DNA from: Dehalococcoidia bacterium
GTDB taxonomy: Bacteria; Chloroflexota; Dehalococcoidia; GIF9; AB-539-J10
Assembly: GCA_046538235.1 (NCBI GenBank)
Contig: JBKHJG010000007.1
Coordinates: 10,517-74,516, forward strand
DNA: 64,000 bases
Direction of reading: 5' to 3'
This document shows positions 26,283 through 35,608 of the stretch, one piece after another (the first letter of the stretch is position 1; each line of letters begins with the position of its first letter). Both the position numbers and the translations under genes were made by a program. Under the pieces are notes generated by a model. It saw nothing but the letters and a program-made list of their open reading frames with translations, was not told the DNA's origin and did no database searches.

Positions 26283-27065
26283 TCACAGATACGTCTCATC
26301 TTTCGGTCGCCAGTCCTCGCCAGCCGATACCGGCTCCACTTCCCGTTCCTGGTACAGCGTTTTCAGTCGGTCTTCCTTCATCCCCTTCAGTTCCTCAAGC
26401 GCCTCCTCATACCTACCCTCGCTAACGGCCCCTACCATGTCGGCAAGATGCTCCGCTCTGGGCACAATTCTGGCCCCGTAGATTCTGCGGGCCAGTTGGA
26501 ACATATGATACTGGGCCAGTTCTCCGAAGCAGCGGCTCGTGCATAGCCCGCATTGGATACACTCAAAACTGAGTAGCGCAGCTTCCGCAATGTTCCCCTG
26601 TTTCAGAGCCGAGATAGCATCCATGACTTCTATGCCCTGAGGGCAAGCTTTTGTGCAGGCGTTACAGGCCACACAGCGGAATAGCTCGGGATATAATCTG
26701 AAAACCTCTTCAGGAGCCGAGGTCAACTCGCTGAATTCATAACGGGACCGGTTGGCAGGAAAAAACGGAATCTGGGCGATGTACATATCAGGCTCAACCG
26801 TCTTCTGGCAGGCAAGTGCCACCTGCAGCTTGTAATCTCCAGGCTTGCGATACACGGTACCGCAAGCACCGCAGGTCCCACCCCTGCACCCACAACCACG
26901 GATGAACCTGTAGCCAGCATATTCCATGGCCTTCATAATGGTAAGCCCTTCAGGGACTTCGTAGCGCTTTCCCATGACATATACAGGAGTCAGCTTAGCT
27001 ACTACTTCTTCCTTTTCCTTGACCGCTGCTTGTGCCGGATTCTTCTTGCTCTCTTTGACGCTCAT
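26283..27065 (-). CDS. Fe-S subunit (2Fe-2S plus 2x4Fe-4S), FrdB/TfrB N-terminus-like
   Basis: GCRGGTCGAC...LACQ, CVACNACTKACP, CIQCGLCTSRC. Confidence 0.85.
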   Translation of the reverse strand: MSVKESKKNPAQAAVKEKEEVVAKLTPVYVMGKRYEVPEGLTIMKAMEYAGYRFIRGCGCRGGTCGACGTVYRKPGDYKLQVALACQKTVEPDMYIAQIPFFPANRSRYEFSELTSAPEEVFRLYPELFRCVACNACTKACPQGIEVMDAISALKQGNIAEAALLSFECIQCGLCTSRCFGELAQYHMFQLARRIYGARIVPRAEHLADMVGAVSEGRYEEALEELKGMKEDRLKTLYQEREVEPVSAGEDWRPKDETYL

Positions 27066-27082
27066 TGTTGACCCCCAGTCAG

Positions 27083-27976
27083 CTAAAGTCTTTCGCCTCC
27101 AGGAAGCAGGTTCTTCTGTCGCAGCAATGCTTCAGCTTCCCCGTGATTTAGCTCAAGATGGCACACGTCAGGCCCCAGCCCTAAGGCTAGAGCCAGAAGC
27201 TGGGTGAAATAGAACAGAGGCAAGCCCTTGAATTCGCTGTGTTTCTTCATCAATTCCTTCTGCCGCTGGCCCAGATTGTAATCGCACAGAGGACAGGTGA
27301 GCACCAGGGCCTCGGCTCCATGAGCCAGCGCTGAGCTCAAGATCTGCCACGCGTAGTCGGAAACATCATCGGGGCTGCTCACTATCTGGTAGGACCCGCA
27401 GCACCTGGCAAAATCGGGGAAATCCACCGGAATGGCTCCAACAGCCTCCAGGAAGTCCCGTAGAATAGTAGGTTTCTGCTCGCTATCGATAGCCGCCTCC
27501 CTGGGCCGAAGCAAGGTACAGCCATAATAAGGGGCTACTCTTAGATTGCGGAGAGGCGCCTTGACCTTCCCAGCAAGAGCCTCCCACCCTATCTCATCCC
27601 TCAAAACCTCAAGAAGATGGACCACTTCCACTTCTCCGCCGTAATCCATCTCTTCGTCCATGAAGCTATTGATGGTATTCCTCTTCTCGGCATCTTCCCT
27701 CATTAGGAGATTAGCCCTTTTCAAAGTATTAAGGCAGAATGCGCACAAAGTGGACAGCCGGGTCTTGCCCTGCTCCTTCGCCCGAACAAGATTGCGTACA
27801 GGAGCTACCTGATGGATCAAATCATCATCAGCTAAGGAGTACACCGCGCCACAGCAGTTCCAGCGGGCAATCTCCTCCAGTTCGAGCCCGAGAGTCCGCA
27901 GGGAGGCGACTGCGGGCTCCTCCAGGTTTCTGGCCTTGGTCTTCAAGGTACAGCCGGGATAATAGGCTAAGCTCAT
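27083..27976 (-). CDS. hdrB: Heterodisulfide reductase subunit B-like (CCG domains)
   Basis: YYPGC, WNCCG, CAFC, YYGC.LLRP, CCG, CPLC. Confidence 0.88.
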   Translation of the reverse strand: MSLAYYPGCTLKTKARNLEEPAVASLRTLGLELEEIARWNCCGAVYSLADDDLIHQVAPVRNLVRAKEQGKTRLSTLCAFCLNTLKRANLLMREDAEKRNTINSFMDEEMDYGGEVEVVHLLEVLRDEIGWEALAGKVKAPLRNLRVAPYYGCTLLRPREAAIDSEQKPTILRDFLEAVGAIPVDFPDFARCCGSYQIVSSPDDVSDYAWQILSSALAHGAEALVLTCPLCDYNLGQRQKELMKKHSEFKGLPLFYFTQLLALALGLGPDVCHLELNHGEAEALLRQKNLLPGGERL

Positions 27977-27986
27977 TCGTCTATCT

Positions 27987-28394
27987 CTAGCCTGTGAACT
28001 TCCTCAAGGCGCTGACCATAGCTATCTGAGGCAGCGCACAGCGGTCCTGTGGCGAAATGTCCTCAGGGCGCATGTGGTCAACGTTCTGCCTGAGGGTGAG
28101 AAGCCTAATGGCCTCCATCATCCTGGAGAGGTCAAATCCCCTGGGGCAGTTGACAGTACAGGCAAGGCAAGAGGCGCAAATCCAAACGGTCTTAGAAGCT
28201 GCGACTTCCTCTTCCAATCCTAGTCGGGCCAGCTCGATAATCTGACGGGGCGAAATGTCCATGTTAGAAGCCGCGGGACAGCTTCCGGAACACATGCCGC
28301 ATTGGTAACACAGCTGCAGGTTCTCACCGCTGAGTTCCTTCACCTTTCTGGCGAACTCGCGGCCCCGCTTTTTCGATCCAATAGTTGCAGTCAC
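27987..28394 (-). CDS. hdrC: Heterodisulfide reductase subunit C-like
   Basis: CYQCGMCSGSCP, W.CASCLACTVNCPRG. Confidence 0.88.
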   Translation of the reverse strand: MTATIGSKKRGREFARKVKELSGENLQLCYQCGMCSGSCPAASNMDISPRQIIELARLGLEEEVAASKTVWICASCLACTVNCPRGFDLSRMMEAIRLLTLRQNVDHMRPEDISPQDRCALPQIAMVSALRKFTG

Positions 28395-28418
28395 CCTCTT
28401 ACGGCTCTCTCCAGGACT

Positions 28419-29264
28419 TCACAGGACTGCTTGTGCACGGCGGGCACACCAGCACTGCATGTTGACAGCCACAGGCATGCTGGCAATGTGACAGGGAAAT
28501 GTCTCTATATGGACTGCCAGGGCGGTGACTGTACCACCATAGCCCATGGCACCGATGCCCAGACCATTGACTCTCTGCAGAATCTCCCTCTCCAGCTCAG
28601 CCACCTCAGGATCCGGACTCGGCTGACCGACTTCGCGCAGTAGCGCCTTCTTGGCTATGAACATCGTCATGTCCGTAGTCCCGCCTATGCCGACACCAAT
28701 AATGACCGGCGGACAAGGATTGCTGCCAACCTCGTCAACAAGGCCGGCGACGAAATCTATCACTCCCTGGCGTCCCTTGGCCGGGGGCAGGACAGTAAGG
28801 CGGGAGCAATTCTCTGAGCCGCCTCCTTTGGGCAAGACTGCAATCTTGAGGCCATCGCCGGGGACGATATCGGTGTGAATCATGGCCGGCGTGTTGTCTC
28901 CTGTGTTGACCCTAGCAAAACAAGGCTGGCTCACTATCGATTTGCGCAGATAACCCCTGTCATATCCCCATCGTACTCCTTCATTGACTGCAGCATAGAG
29001 GTCTCCCCCGGTTACGCGAACCTCCTGGCCCAGCTCTAGCATAACTACAGCCGCGCCGGTGTCCTGACAAAGAGGAATTTGCTCCTTGCCTGCAATGCGC
29101 TGATTCTCCAGGATTCTGTCCAGCACATCGCGGCAGACGGGAGATTCTTCTTTCTGCCTTGCCTCACCGAGGGCGGTGACCACATCGTCGGGCAAGTAAT
29201 GACAGGAGTGTTCAAAGAGACGGGCTACCGCGTTTGTTACGTCCTGGGCCTGGATTTCCCTCAC
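28419..29264 (-). CDS. Fe-S fumarate hydratase / tartrate dehydratase alpha subunit
   Basis: PLCQDTG, GYLRKS, PKGGGSEN, NPCPP, HIASMPV. Confidence 0.92.
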   Translation of the reverse strand: MREIQAQDVTNAVARLFEHSCHYLPDDVVTALGEARQKEESPVCRDVLDRILENQRIAGKEQIPLCQDTGAAVVMLELGQEVRVTGGDLYAAVNEGVRWGYDRGYLRKSIVSQPCFARVNTGDNTPAMIHTDIVPGDGLKIAVLPKGGGSENCSRLTVLPPAKGRQGVIDFVAGLVDEVGSNPCPPVIIGVGIGGTTDMTMFIAKKALLREVGQPSPDPEVAELEREILQRVNGLGIGAMGYGGTVTALAVHIETFPCHIASMPVAVNMQCWCARRAQAVL

Positions 29265-29308
29265 AATACCTTATCGGCCTATCCTCGCTCCGTCACGCCA
29301 GCTACCGC

Positions 29309-30562
29309 TCATGCTATGATTCTCGGCACGGTAAGGCTAGCATCCATCAGGAACAGGATTTGTGCCTTTTCTCCTTTCTCTTCAACTGCTCTATCTAATG
29401 CTTCCTGAATTCCGCGACAGGGCTTGATGAATGCCTGCTCCATATCCCGTTCGGTAAGCCCTGTCACTCCCCAGATATGGGCCCAGGTGGCTATCTCGGC
29501 CATTTTGGCAGCCTTATGATAACCCAGTTTGTAGCCCTGCTCAATTCTGCGCAGAGCTTCCTCAGGAGTCCTGCTGCTGGCCAGAAGATCGAAGTATGCC
29601 TCTTCCCCTATGCCGGACCTGCACTCAGAAACCAGAATGAGAATTCCTCCCTCTTTCAAAGCCAGCTTGGCATTATCAAGCGCCTTTTGTGATTGATACA
29701 GGTCCACGTCTGAGGGATAGCCGGCAACGGCAACAACGATATCCGTCTTCTCCTTGACATCTACGCAGTAGACCTCGTGGGCTTTGTCTATAGCCATCAC
29801 GAATGAATCATGAATGTTCCCCGAACTGCAATGATAGACCCTCTTCTGGCCATCCAGAACGGTCTGGATGGAGAATATCTCCTTCCCTCCTATTGTCTTG
29901 AGGGCGTCAACCATGTCTTCGTGAACGGGATTACCCCCCAGGACCAGGGCCTGTGCCCGTGGGCTAAGGGCGTGCTTATGATTTTGCTCTATCGTCTTAT
30001 AAGAGGCAATGCCGGGCAGAAACGATTTCCTGCCTCCGGTATAGCCAGCGAAATAATGAGGCTCGACTGAACCGATGGTGACGAGCTTCTGTGCTTCCAG
30101 CCCCAATCTATTCACATACATCTCGGTGCCTGTGGAGGAGATACCCAAGTACACCATATCTTCGTCTTTGCGGGCATCATGAACGTAGATCCTGTCCTTC
30201 ATCAGGCCGAGGTGAGGTCCGAAGATGTAGTCCAGTTCCTCGTCGGTGGGAGCCCGGTGGATCCCCGTGGCGACGATGAACCTCGGGTTCATCTCTCTGA
30301 CTCTGGGATAGACAACTTCCAGTATCCTGGCCGTAGGAGTGGGCCTAGTGTGGTCATTGACTATGAACAGCAGGTCCCTGGCATCAGCGATGAACTCATC
30401 GAAGCCCTTGGAGTTGATAGGTGACTCAATGCCCCGGCGGATGATCTCCCTTTCGTCGCCCACCGAGACGACGTTTGGTTCCACCATACCGGCAACTCTG
30501 CTTTCCTCAACGTCCACCTCCACCTCTACCTTCCCCTTCCCGTAAGGAATCCCTATCCTCAT
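29309..30562 (-). CDS. larA: LarA-family nickel-pincer 2-hydroxyacid racemase/epimerase
   Basis: NDHTRPTP, ATGIHR, VHD, EPHYFAGYTGGRKS.LPG, DLYQSQK, GYHKA. Confidence 0.88.
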   Translation of the reverse strand: MRIGIPYGKGKVEVEVDVEESRVAGMVEPNVVSVGDEREIIRRGIESPINSKGFDEFIADARDLLFIVNDHTRPTPTARILEVVYPRVREMNPRFIVATGIHRAPTDEELDYIFGPHLGLMKDRIYVHDARKDEDMVYLGISSTGTEMYVNRLGLEAQKLVTIGSVEPHYFAGYTGGRKSFLPGIASYKTIEQNHKHALSPRAQALVLGGNPVHEDMVDALKTIGGKEIFSIQTVLDGQKRVYHCSSGNIHDSFVMAIDKAHEVYCVDVKEKTDIVVAVAGYPSDVDLYQSQKALDNAKLALKEGGILILVSECRSGIGEEAYFDLLASSRTPEEALRRIEQGYKLGYHKAAKMAEIATWAHIWGVTGLTERDMEQAFIKPCRGIQEALDRAVEEKGEKAQILFLMDASLTVPRIIA

Positions 30563-30682
30563 AGCTAGTGTCCTCTCCTCCTCCAGAACTCTATGAAGTG
30601 AGACGGCTCAATACCACAACTCCCCCTTACTCGCTGTACCGAAAATCCAGCCTCTATCACAGACGAATCCAGCCGTCCATTC

Positions 30683-31702
30683 CTAGATTGGCCCCAACGC
30701 CGCTATCTCGCCGGCAAAGCTATTCACGGCATTCTCGAGCTTCTGAGCCTCGCCGCTGGCAAAATGCTCCAACTTGAGCCGTCCTGGTTCGACCCCAAGC
30801 ACATCAAGCAGGCTTACAACCGATGCGCACCGCTCTTCAGCCCTATAGTTTCCGTCATGTTCACATTCGCCAAGCGGGCAGCAAGCAATCATGACGCCCC
30901 ATGCACCCCAGTAAAACGCGTCCAATATCAGTCCCGGGTCAATACGCCCGGCACACACAGTCACGATGACTCCAGACATGTTGTTTCCCCCCGTCAGTTC
31001 CGTCCGAGATAGTCGCAACCCGGGATAGATCGACCAGTCACAGCAAAATACTATTATCTTGGGGATTCCATTGATACTGCGCAGGGAGTCTGCGATCCTT
31101 GCAGAGAGCTCTTCCCTTGATACTCCAAACCCTATCTTCTGGGACATCGCTCCAACCGGACATTCAGCAACACAGACCCCACAGCCCTTGCACTTGACCC
31201 TATCGACCACAACCCTCAGACTCTCCATATCCATAGATAGCGCCTGGGATTTGCAGGCCGACACACACCGTCCACAGGCCATACACATTTGCTCGTCATT
31301 CCTGACTGTAGTGCCCTGTCCTTCAAAGCCAGCCTCAAGGAGATCGGCTCTGACATCGGTAAAGATGTCGGTGGGGGAGACCTTCGCAGAACAGCTCTTG
31401 CTGCAGTTCTTGCAATAGAAGCACTCAAAAAGCCTCTCCGCTACATATGAAGACGGTTCGACCTCACCGCTGAGCAGGCCGTAAGTCAAGAGCAGTCTGC
31501 CCCTGGGCGTATCGATCTCCCAGCCGGACGTCCTATACAGCGGGCAGTTCTCAGAGCAATAGCCACACCGTATGCATATGTTCAGTTCGCCAGACCATCT
31601 GCTTAGCCTGCTGAACTCCCTCTTACCCTGGCCATCGCCGCAGTCGCGGTCAAGAGCAGGCACCGACCCGTGCCCGAATGTTCGCTTGCGGTCCTCCTTC
31701 AT
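30683..31702 (-). CDS. Fusion of 4Fe-4S dicluster, ferredoxin and MvhD/FlpD domains
   Basis: CIRCGYC...CP and CFYCKNC...C; CMACGRC...C and CKGCGVC...CP; FCCDW, CAGRIDP, CPLGECEHDGN. Confidence 0.82.
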   Translation of the reverse strand: MKEDRKRTFGHGSVPALDRDCGDGQGKREFSRLSRWSGELNICIRCGYCSENCPLYRTSGWEIDTPRGRLLLTYGLLSGEVEPSSYVAERLFECFYCKNCSKSCSAKVSPTDIFTDVRADLLEAGFEGQGTTVRNDEQMCMACGRCVSACKSQALSMDMESLRVVVDRVKCKGCGVCVAECPVGAMSQKIGFGVSREELSARIADSLRSINGIPKIIVFCCDWSIYPGLRLSRTELTGGNNMSGVIVTVCAGRIDPGLILDAFYWGAWGVMIACCPLGECEHDGNYRAEERCASVVSLLDVLGVEPGRLKLEHFASGEAQKLENAVNSFAGEIAALGPI

Positions 31703-33129
31703 AGGTTCACAGGATATCTCAGCTTTGTCGCCCTAACCCAGTCATCCGGCGCATCCATCAGCTTGCCCGGATTGAGTATGTTGTTCGGGTCAAGAGCCAC
31801 CTTTATGGATCTCATCATCTGCAGCGAATCCGCTTTCTCCTTCTTCCATGAAGGTGCCTTGGAGATTGCGATGCCATGCTCACCCGAGGTAGTTCCGCCC
31901 ACGCTGTGGACGTAATCATATACCTCATCAACGGCGCGCCTGGCATCCTCCCATTGCTCTTTCCTGGTAGCATCCATCAGTATCTTCGTGTGTAGGACTC
32001 CCTCGCCACAATGGCCGTAGGCAGTCATCACCACATTGTTGCGTTCTCCGATCTCGTGGATCTTGCGGGCACATTCGGCTATCTTGGAACTGGGGACAGC
32101 CATGTCATCGGCCAGCGATGTGCAGGACAATCCGTCCCTGTATCGGGACAGTGCAGCAAAGAGCTTCTTTCTGCCGCTGTATATTCGTTCCATTTCCTTG
32201 GCATCGCTGCTCATCTCGATGCCAAAGGCGCTATTCTTCTCGCATATCTGCCTCATAATCCCCATGTCGGAGTCCACCACCTCCTTCAAGCGCCCGTCAC
32301 ACTCATACACCACGATGGCCTCGACCTGGGGGAGGCCCATATTGAGAGTCTTATTAAGAGCAGCGATGGCTATATCGTCTAACAGCTCAAGCAATGAGGG
32401 TGTCACTTCAGACGCCACTATGTCTGATATTGTCTCACCGGCATCTTCCAGCTTATTGAACTTTGCCATTCCCATAGCTCTGAACCGGGGCAGATGTCTG
32501 AGCAAGAGTGTCGCTTCCACAATAATGCCCAGGGTACCCTCGGAGCCCACCATAAGCCTATCAAGCTGATAGCCGGATGCCTGGGCCCTTGTATCGGCAC
32601 CGAGAGCAACTAAGTCTCCGTTTGCCAAGACAACCTTCAGCCCCAGGACATAGTCGCGCATTGTGCCGTACTTCACAGCCCTTACCCCAGAACCATTATT
32701 GGCAATGGTTCCACCGATGGTGGCAATCCGGCCCGACTCGGGAGCTGAAGGAAACCAAAGACTGTAGGGCTGAAGCGCCCTGTTCAGATCATCGCAGACT
32801 ACTCCAGGCTCAACCTTGCACAGTATGTCCCGCGGCCTTATGGCCAGGATTCGATTCATCCGCTTCAAGTCCATGACAATGCCGCCATATATGGGAACAG
32901 TGTGACCGGAAGCACCAGAACCGGCACCTCGAGCTGTAACAGGTATTAGCCGGGAATTGGCATAGCGGACAAGTTCACGCACCTCGTCGATCGTCTCAGG
33001 CCTGATGACCACGGAGGGACTGGCTTCATGAACGGACGAATCAGAGCCATATACATAAAGGTCAGCAGCATTATCCCTGACATTTTCCTCTCCTACAAGC
33101 TCCTGCAGCCTTCTAACCTCTATCTCCAT
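31699..33129 (-). CDS. FAD-linked D-2-hydroxyacid dehydrogenase (GlcD/Dld family)
   Basis: RGAGSG, TIGG, KYG, GSEGTLG, GHCGEG.LH, SGEHGI, LNPGK. Confidence 0.9.
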   Translation of the reverse strand: MEIEVRRLQELVGEENVRDNAADLYVYGSDSSVHEASPSVVIRPETIDEVRELVRYANSRLIPVTARGAGSGASGHTVPIYGGIVMDLKRMNRILAIRPRDILCKVEPGVVCDDLNRALQPYSLWFPSAPESGRIATIGGTIANNGSGVRAVKYGTMRDYVLGLKVVLANGDLVALGADTRAQASGYQLDRLMVGSEGTLGIIVEATLLLRHLPRFRAMGMAKFNKLEDAGETISDIVASEVTPSLLELLDDIAIAALNKTLNMGLPQVEAIVVYECDGRLKEVVDSDMGIMRQICEKNSAFGIEMSSDAKEMERIYSGRKKLFAALSRYRDGLSCTSLADDMAVPSSKIAECARKIHEIGERNNVVMTAYGHCGEGVLHTKILMDATRKEQWEDARRAVDEVYDYVHSVGGTTSGEHGIAISKAPSWKKEKADSLQMMRSIKVALDPNNILNPGKLMDAPDDWVRATKLRYPVNL

Positions 33130-33274
33130 CTCCTTCTCCTTCTCCTTCTACGCCGTTGCCGTCCTGCGCCTTCTATCAAATGCGAGCCTGCACAACCCGA
33201 AAGCTGATGTCCGGACTAACGTCACGACCAGCACACTCCTCGATCTATCCGAGAGCCCCGGCATCGGCCCGGGA

Positions 33275-35263
33275 CTAGCCTATCACCGCTAAGACATCAT
33301 TCGTGTATACGGAGTCCCCGGGCTTGAAGCGAATGGCCTTGACCAGGCCACCCACAGGGGCAGGGACATTGTTCTGCATCTTCATTGCCTCGAGCACAAG
33401 AAGCGGATCACCGTCTCTTACCTCATCGCCTACATTGACCAGGTAGCGAATCACCATACCCGGCATCGGGGCAAGCACCTGTGTCCCGTCTGAAACCGCA
33501 GCAGGTGTTGCCCTGCTCTCCTCCACTTGGGGAGCCCCCTTCTGGGCCTTGGATGGCGGAGGCGGGGAGGCGAGGGCACTTGCCGGCGCAGGGACGGCAG
33601 CAGTCGGAGCAGAAGGCACGGCCTCCACCTCTACCTCATAATGATCATCTCCAACGAAAACATTGAACCTTCTCAGGCCGGTGCCCTTTGCTGGGACCGC
33701 CTTCTCGAACCTCTCCACCAGCCTGCCGGCCTTGGCCTTGGCGATGAGCTCATCCTCCTTATTGACCTCCTCCAGGGTCTTAGGAGTGCGGGGAGGCTTC
33801 CAGTCATCGGGAATAGTCCTGTCTATGCCGTACTTGTACTTGAGAAACCGGGCCCCGGTGGTGGGAAAAAGGGCATAAGTCAATACGTCCTTGATATCCC
33901 TGGCAAACTCCCTGGACTCCTCAGTAGCTCTTTCCAGTTCTGGCTCCAGCATGTCGGCGGCCCGACACTTGATCGGTTCCTCTCCCCTCTCATATCCCTT
34001 GAGCACCATTTTCTGGATTCTCTTATCAATCGGAGCCGGAGGGCGGCCATAGAGCCCCCAGCAATAGTCCTTGGTTTCCTGGGCGATCATCTTGTAGCGA
34101 CCGGCCAGGACATTCTGCACCGCCTGCACGCCCACAATTTGACTCGTAGGAGTAACCAAAGGCGGGTAACCAAGCTCTGCCCTGGTCCTGGCAGTCTCAG
34201 CCCTCACTTCGGCCAGCCTGTCGAGGGCATTGGCCTGCTTGAGCTGCGCCACCAGATTGGTGGTCATGCCGCCGGGGATCTGGTGCACCAGCACACCGGT
34301 ATCTATGACCGACATTGCAGATGTATCCAGAAAGTCCCTGTACTTGGGCGCGACCTGCTCCAGCATCTGCCCACATCTGAATAGCTGCCCGATATCCAGT
34401 CCGGTGTCTCTATCTGTCCCGTAGAGAGCAACTACCAAAGGCTCGACAGGTGGCTCCGAGGTACGCAAAGCAAAGGGAGACAAAGCAGTGTCGACAATAT
34501 CGAGTCCGGCCTCGATGGCCTTGAGCACAGACATGGAGGCCTGCCCGCTTGTGTAGTGCGTGTGGAGATCAACAGGTATTTTGAGAGTTTCCTTAAGGGC
34601 TTTGACCAAGTCATAGGCATCATAGGGCGAGATGAGTCCGGCCTGATCCTTGATGCATATAGAGTCGGCACCCATGTCCTGGAGGAGCAGAGCCTTCTTA
34701 ACGTAGTATTCCAGGTTATAGACCGGCCCACCCATCCTTGGCTGCGTGAGCGAGTAACATATAGCTCCCTGGTAGTGCTTCCCGCACTTCTTGATTGCCC
34801 TGGCAGCCCGCTCATGATTACGCTCGTCGTTCACAGCATCAAAGACACGAAAGATGTCGATACCGACTTCCGCGGCCTGCTCCACAAAGGCATCGACCAG
34901 ATCATCGGGGTGGTTCCTATAGGCAACGAGGTTTTGTCCTCGCAGGAGCATTTGCAGCGGGGTATCGGGCATCAGCCTCTTCAGCTTGCGAGGCCTGTCC
35001 CAGGGGTCTTCACCCAGAAAACGGTGGGCAACGTCAAACGTTGCGCCACCCCAGACCTCCATGGAGTAGAAGCCACATTTATTCATCTCGGGTGCCATCC
35101 ATTCCATATCCTCAGTCCGCATTCTGGTAGCAAGTGTGCTCTGATGCGCGTCACGATAGGTGGTGTCACAGATCTGCACCGGGTTCCTGGCTTTCGATCT
35201 CGTGGGCACCTGTTCGGTCGTCAGGTCTCTGGCTGAAACCTGGCTTCGTCGTTTATCGTTCAC
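33275..35263 (-). CDS. Pyruvate/oxaloacetate carboxyltransferase fused to biotin carrier (PycB/OadA/5S-1.3S type)
   Basis: RDAHQS, EVWGGATFD, LHTH, PGGM, VTPTSQ, EAMKM; GTG start at 35263 after GAAAGGAG. Confidence 0.9.
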   Translation of the reverse strand: MNDKRRSQVSARDLTTEQVPTRSKARNPVQICDTTYRDAHQSTLATRMRTEDMEWMAPEMNKCGFYSMEVWGGATFDVAHRFLGEDPWDRPRKLKRLMPDTPLQMLLRGQNLVAYRNHPDDLVDAFVEQAAEVGIDIFRVFDAVNDERNHERAARAIKKCGKHYQGAICYSLTQPRMGGPVYNLEYYVKKALLLQDMGADSICIKDQAGLISPYDAYDLVKALKETLKIPVDLHTHYTSGQASMSVLKAIEAGLDIVDTALSPFALRTSEPPVEPLVVALYGTDRDTGLDIGQLFRCGQMLEQVAPKYRDFLDTSAMSVIDTGVLVHQIPGGMTTNLVAQLKQANALDRLAEVRAETARTRAELGYPPLVTPTSQIVGVQAVQNVLAGRYKMIAQETKDYCWGLYGRPPAPIDKRIQKMVLKGYERGEEPIKCRAADMLEPELERATEESREFARDIKDVLTYALFPTTGARFLKYKYGIDRTIPDDWKPPRTPKTLEEVNKEDELIAKAKAGRLVERFEKAVPAKGTGLRRFNVFVGDDHYEVEVEAVPSAPTAAVPAPASALASPPPPSKAQKGAPQVEESRATPAAVSDGTQVLAPMPGMVIRYLVNVGDEVRDGDPLLVLEAMKMQNNVPAPVGGLVKAIRFKPGDSVYTNDVLAVIG

Positions 35264-35586
35264 AAGCGGTCTCCTTTCCGCCCTAGATCTCCCTCCGTTT
35301 CTCGTCGTTCTGAGCCTGGCCCGGGATTCGAATGGTGTGCCGGCCTGCCAGTTGACCCAGAACCTCGTCCCGGGATAGCATCCGAATCCGATCGTCTGGA
35401 GGCAATACGGCGCTGCCACAGCAACCGCATCCGCATTATCTCGTCACGTCCAGACCTGCTCCAGAAGCTGAGAACTGCTTCCGGCCTTGGCTGCGCTACC
35501 ACCCTCCTCAGGGACCTCTCTTCCTCCTCCATATAAGAAGCCACAGCCGCTGCCACGGCAGCTATAGTTCTTTCCCTGTATTCCAA
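35260..35586 (-). CDS. Small accessory subunit (AccE/MmdD-like)
   Basis: IAAVAAAVASYMEEEE...WSRSGR...MR; sits between the two carboxyltransferase genes with GTGA overlap. Confidence 0.6.
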   Translation of the reverse strand: MEYRERTIAAVAAAVASYMEEEERSLRRVVAQPRPEAVLSFWSRSGRDEIMRMRLLWQRRIASRRSDSDAIPGRGSGSTGRPAHHSNPGPGSERRETEGDLGRKGDRL

Positions 35587-35608
35587 TTGCTGTCCTGCTC
35601 AAATCTCT

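Noticed and set aside
27083-31702. Selenocysteine in the Hdr/MvhD-like genes
   Set aside because: All expected Cys positions are read without an in-frame TGA.
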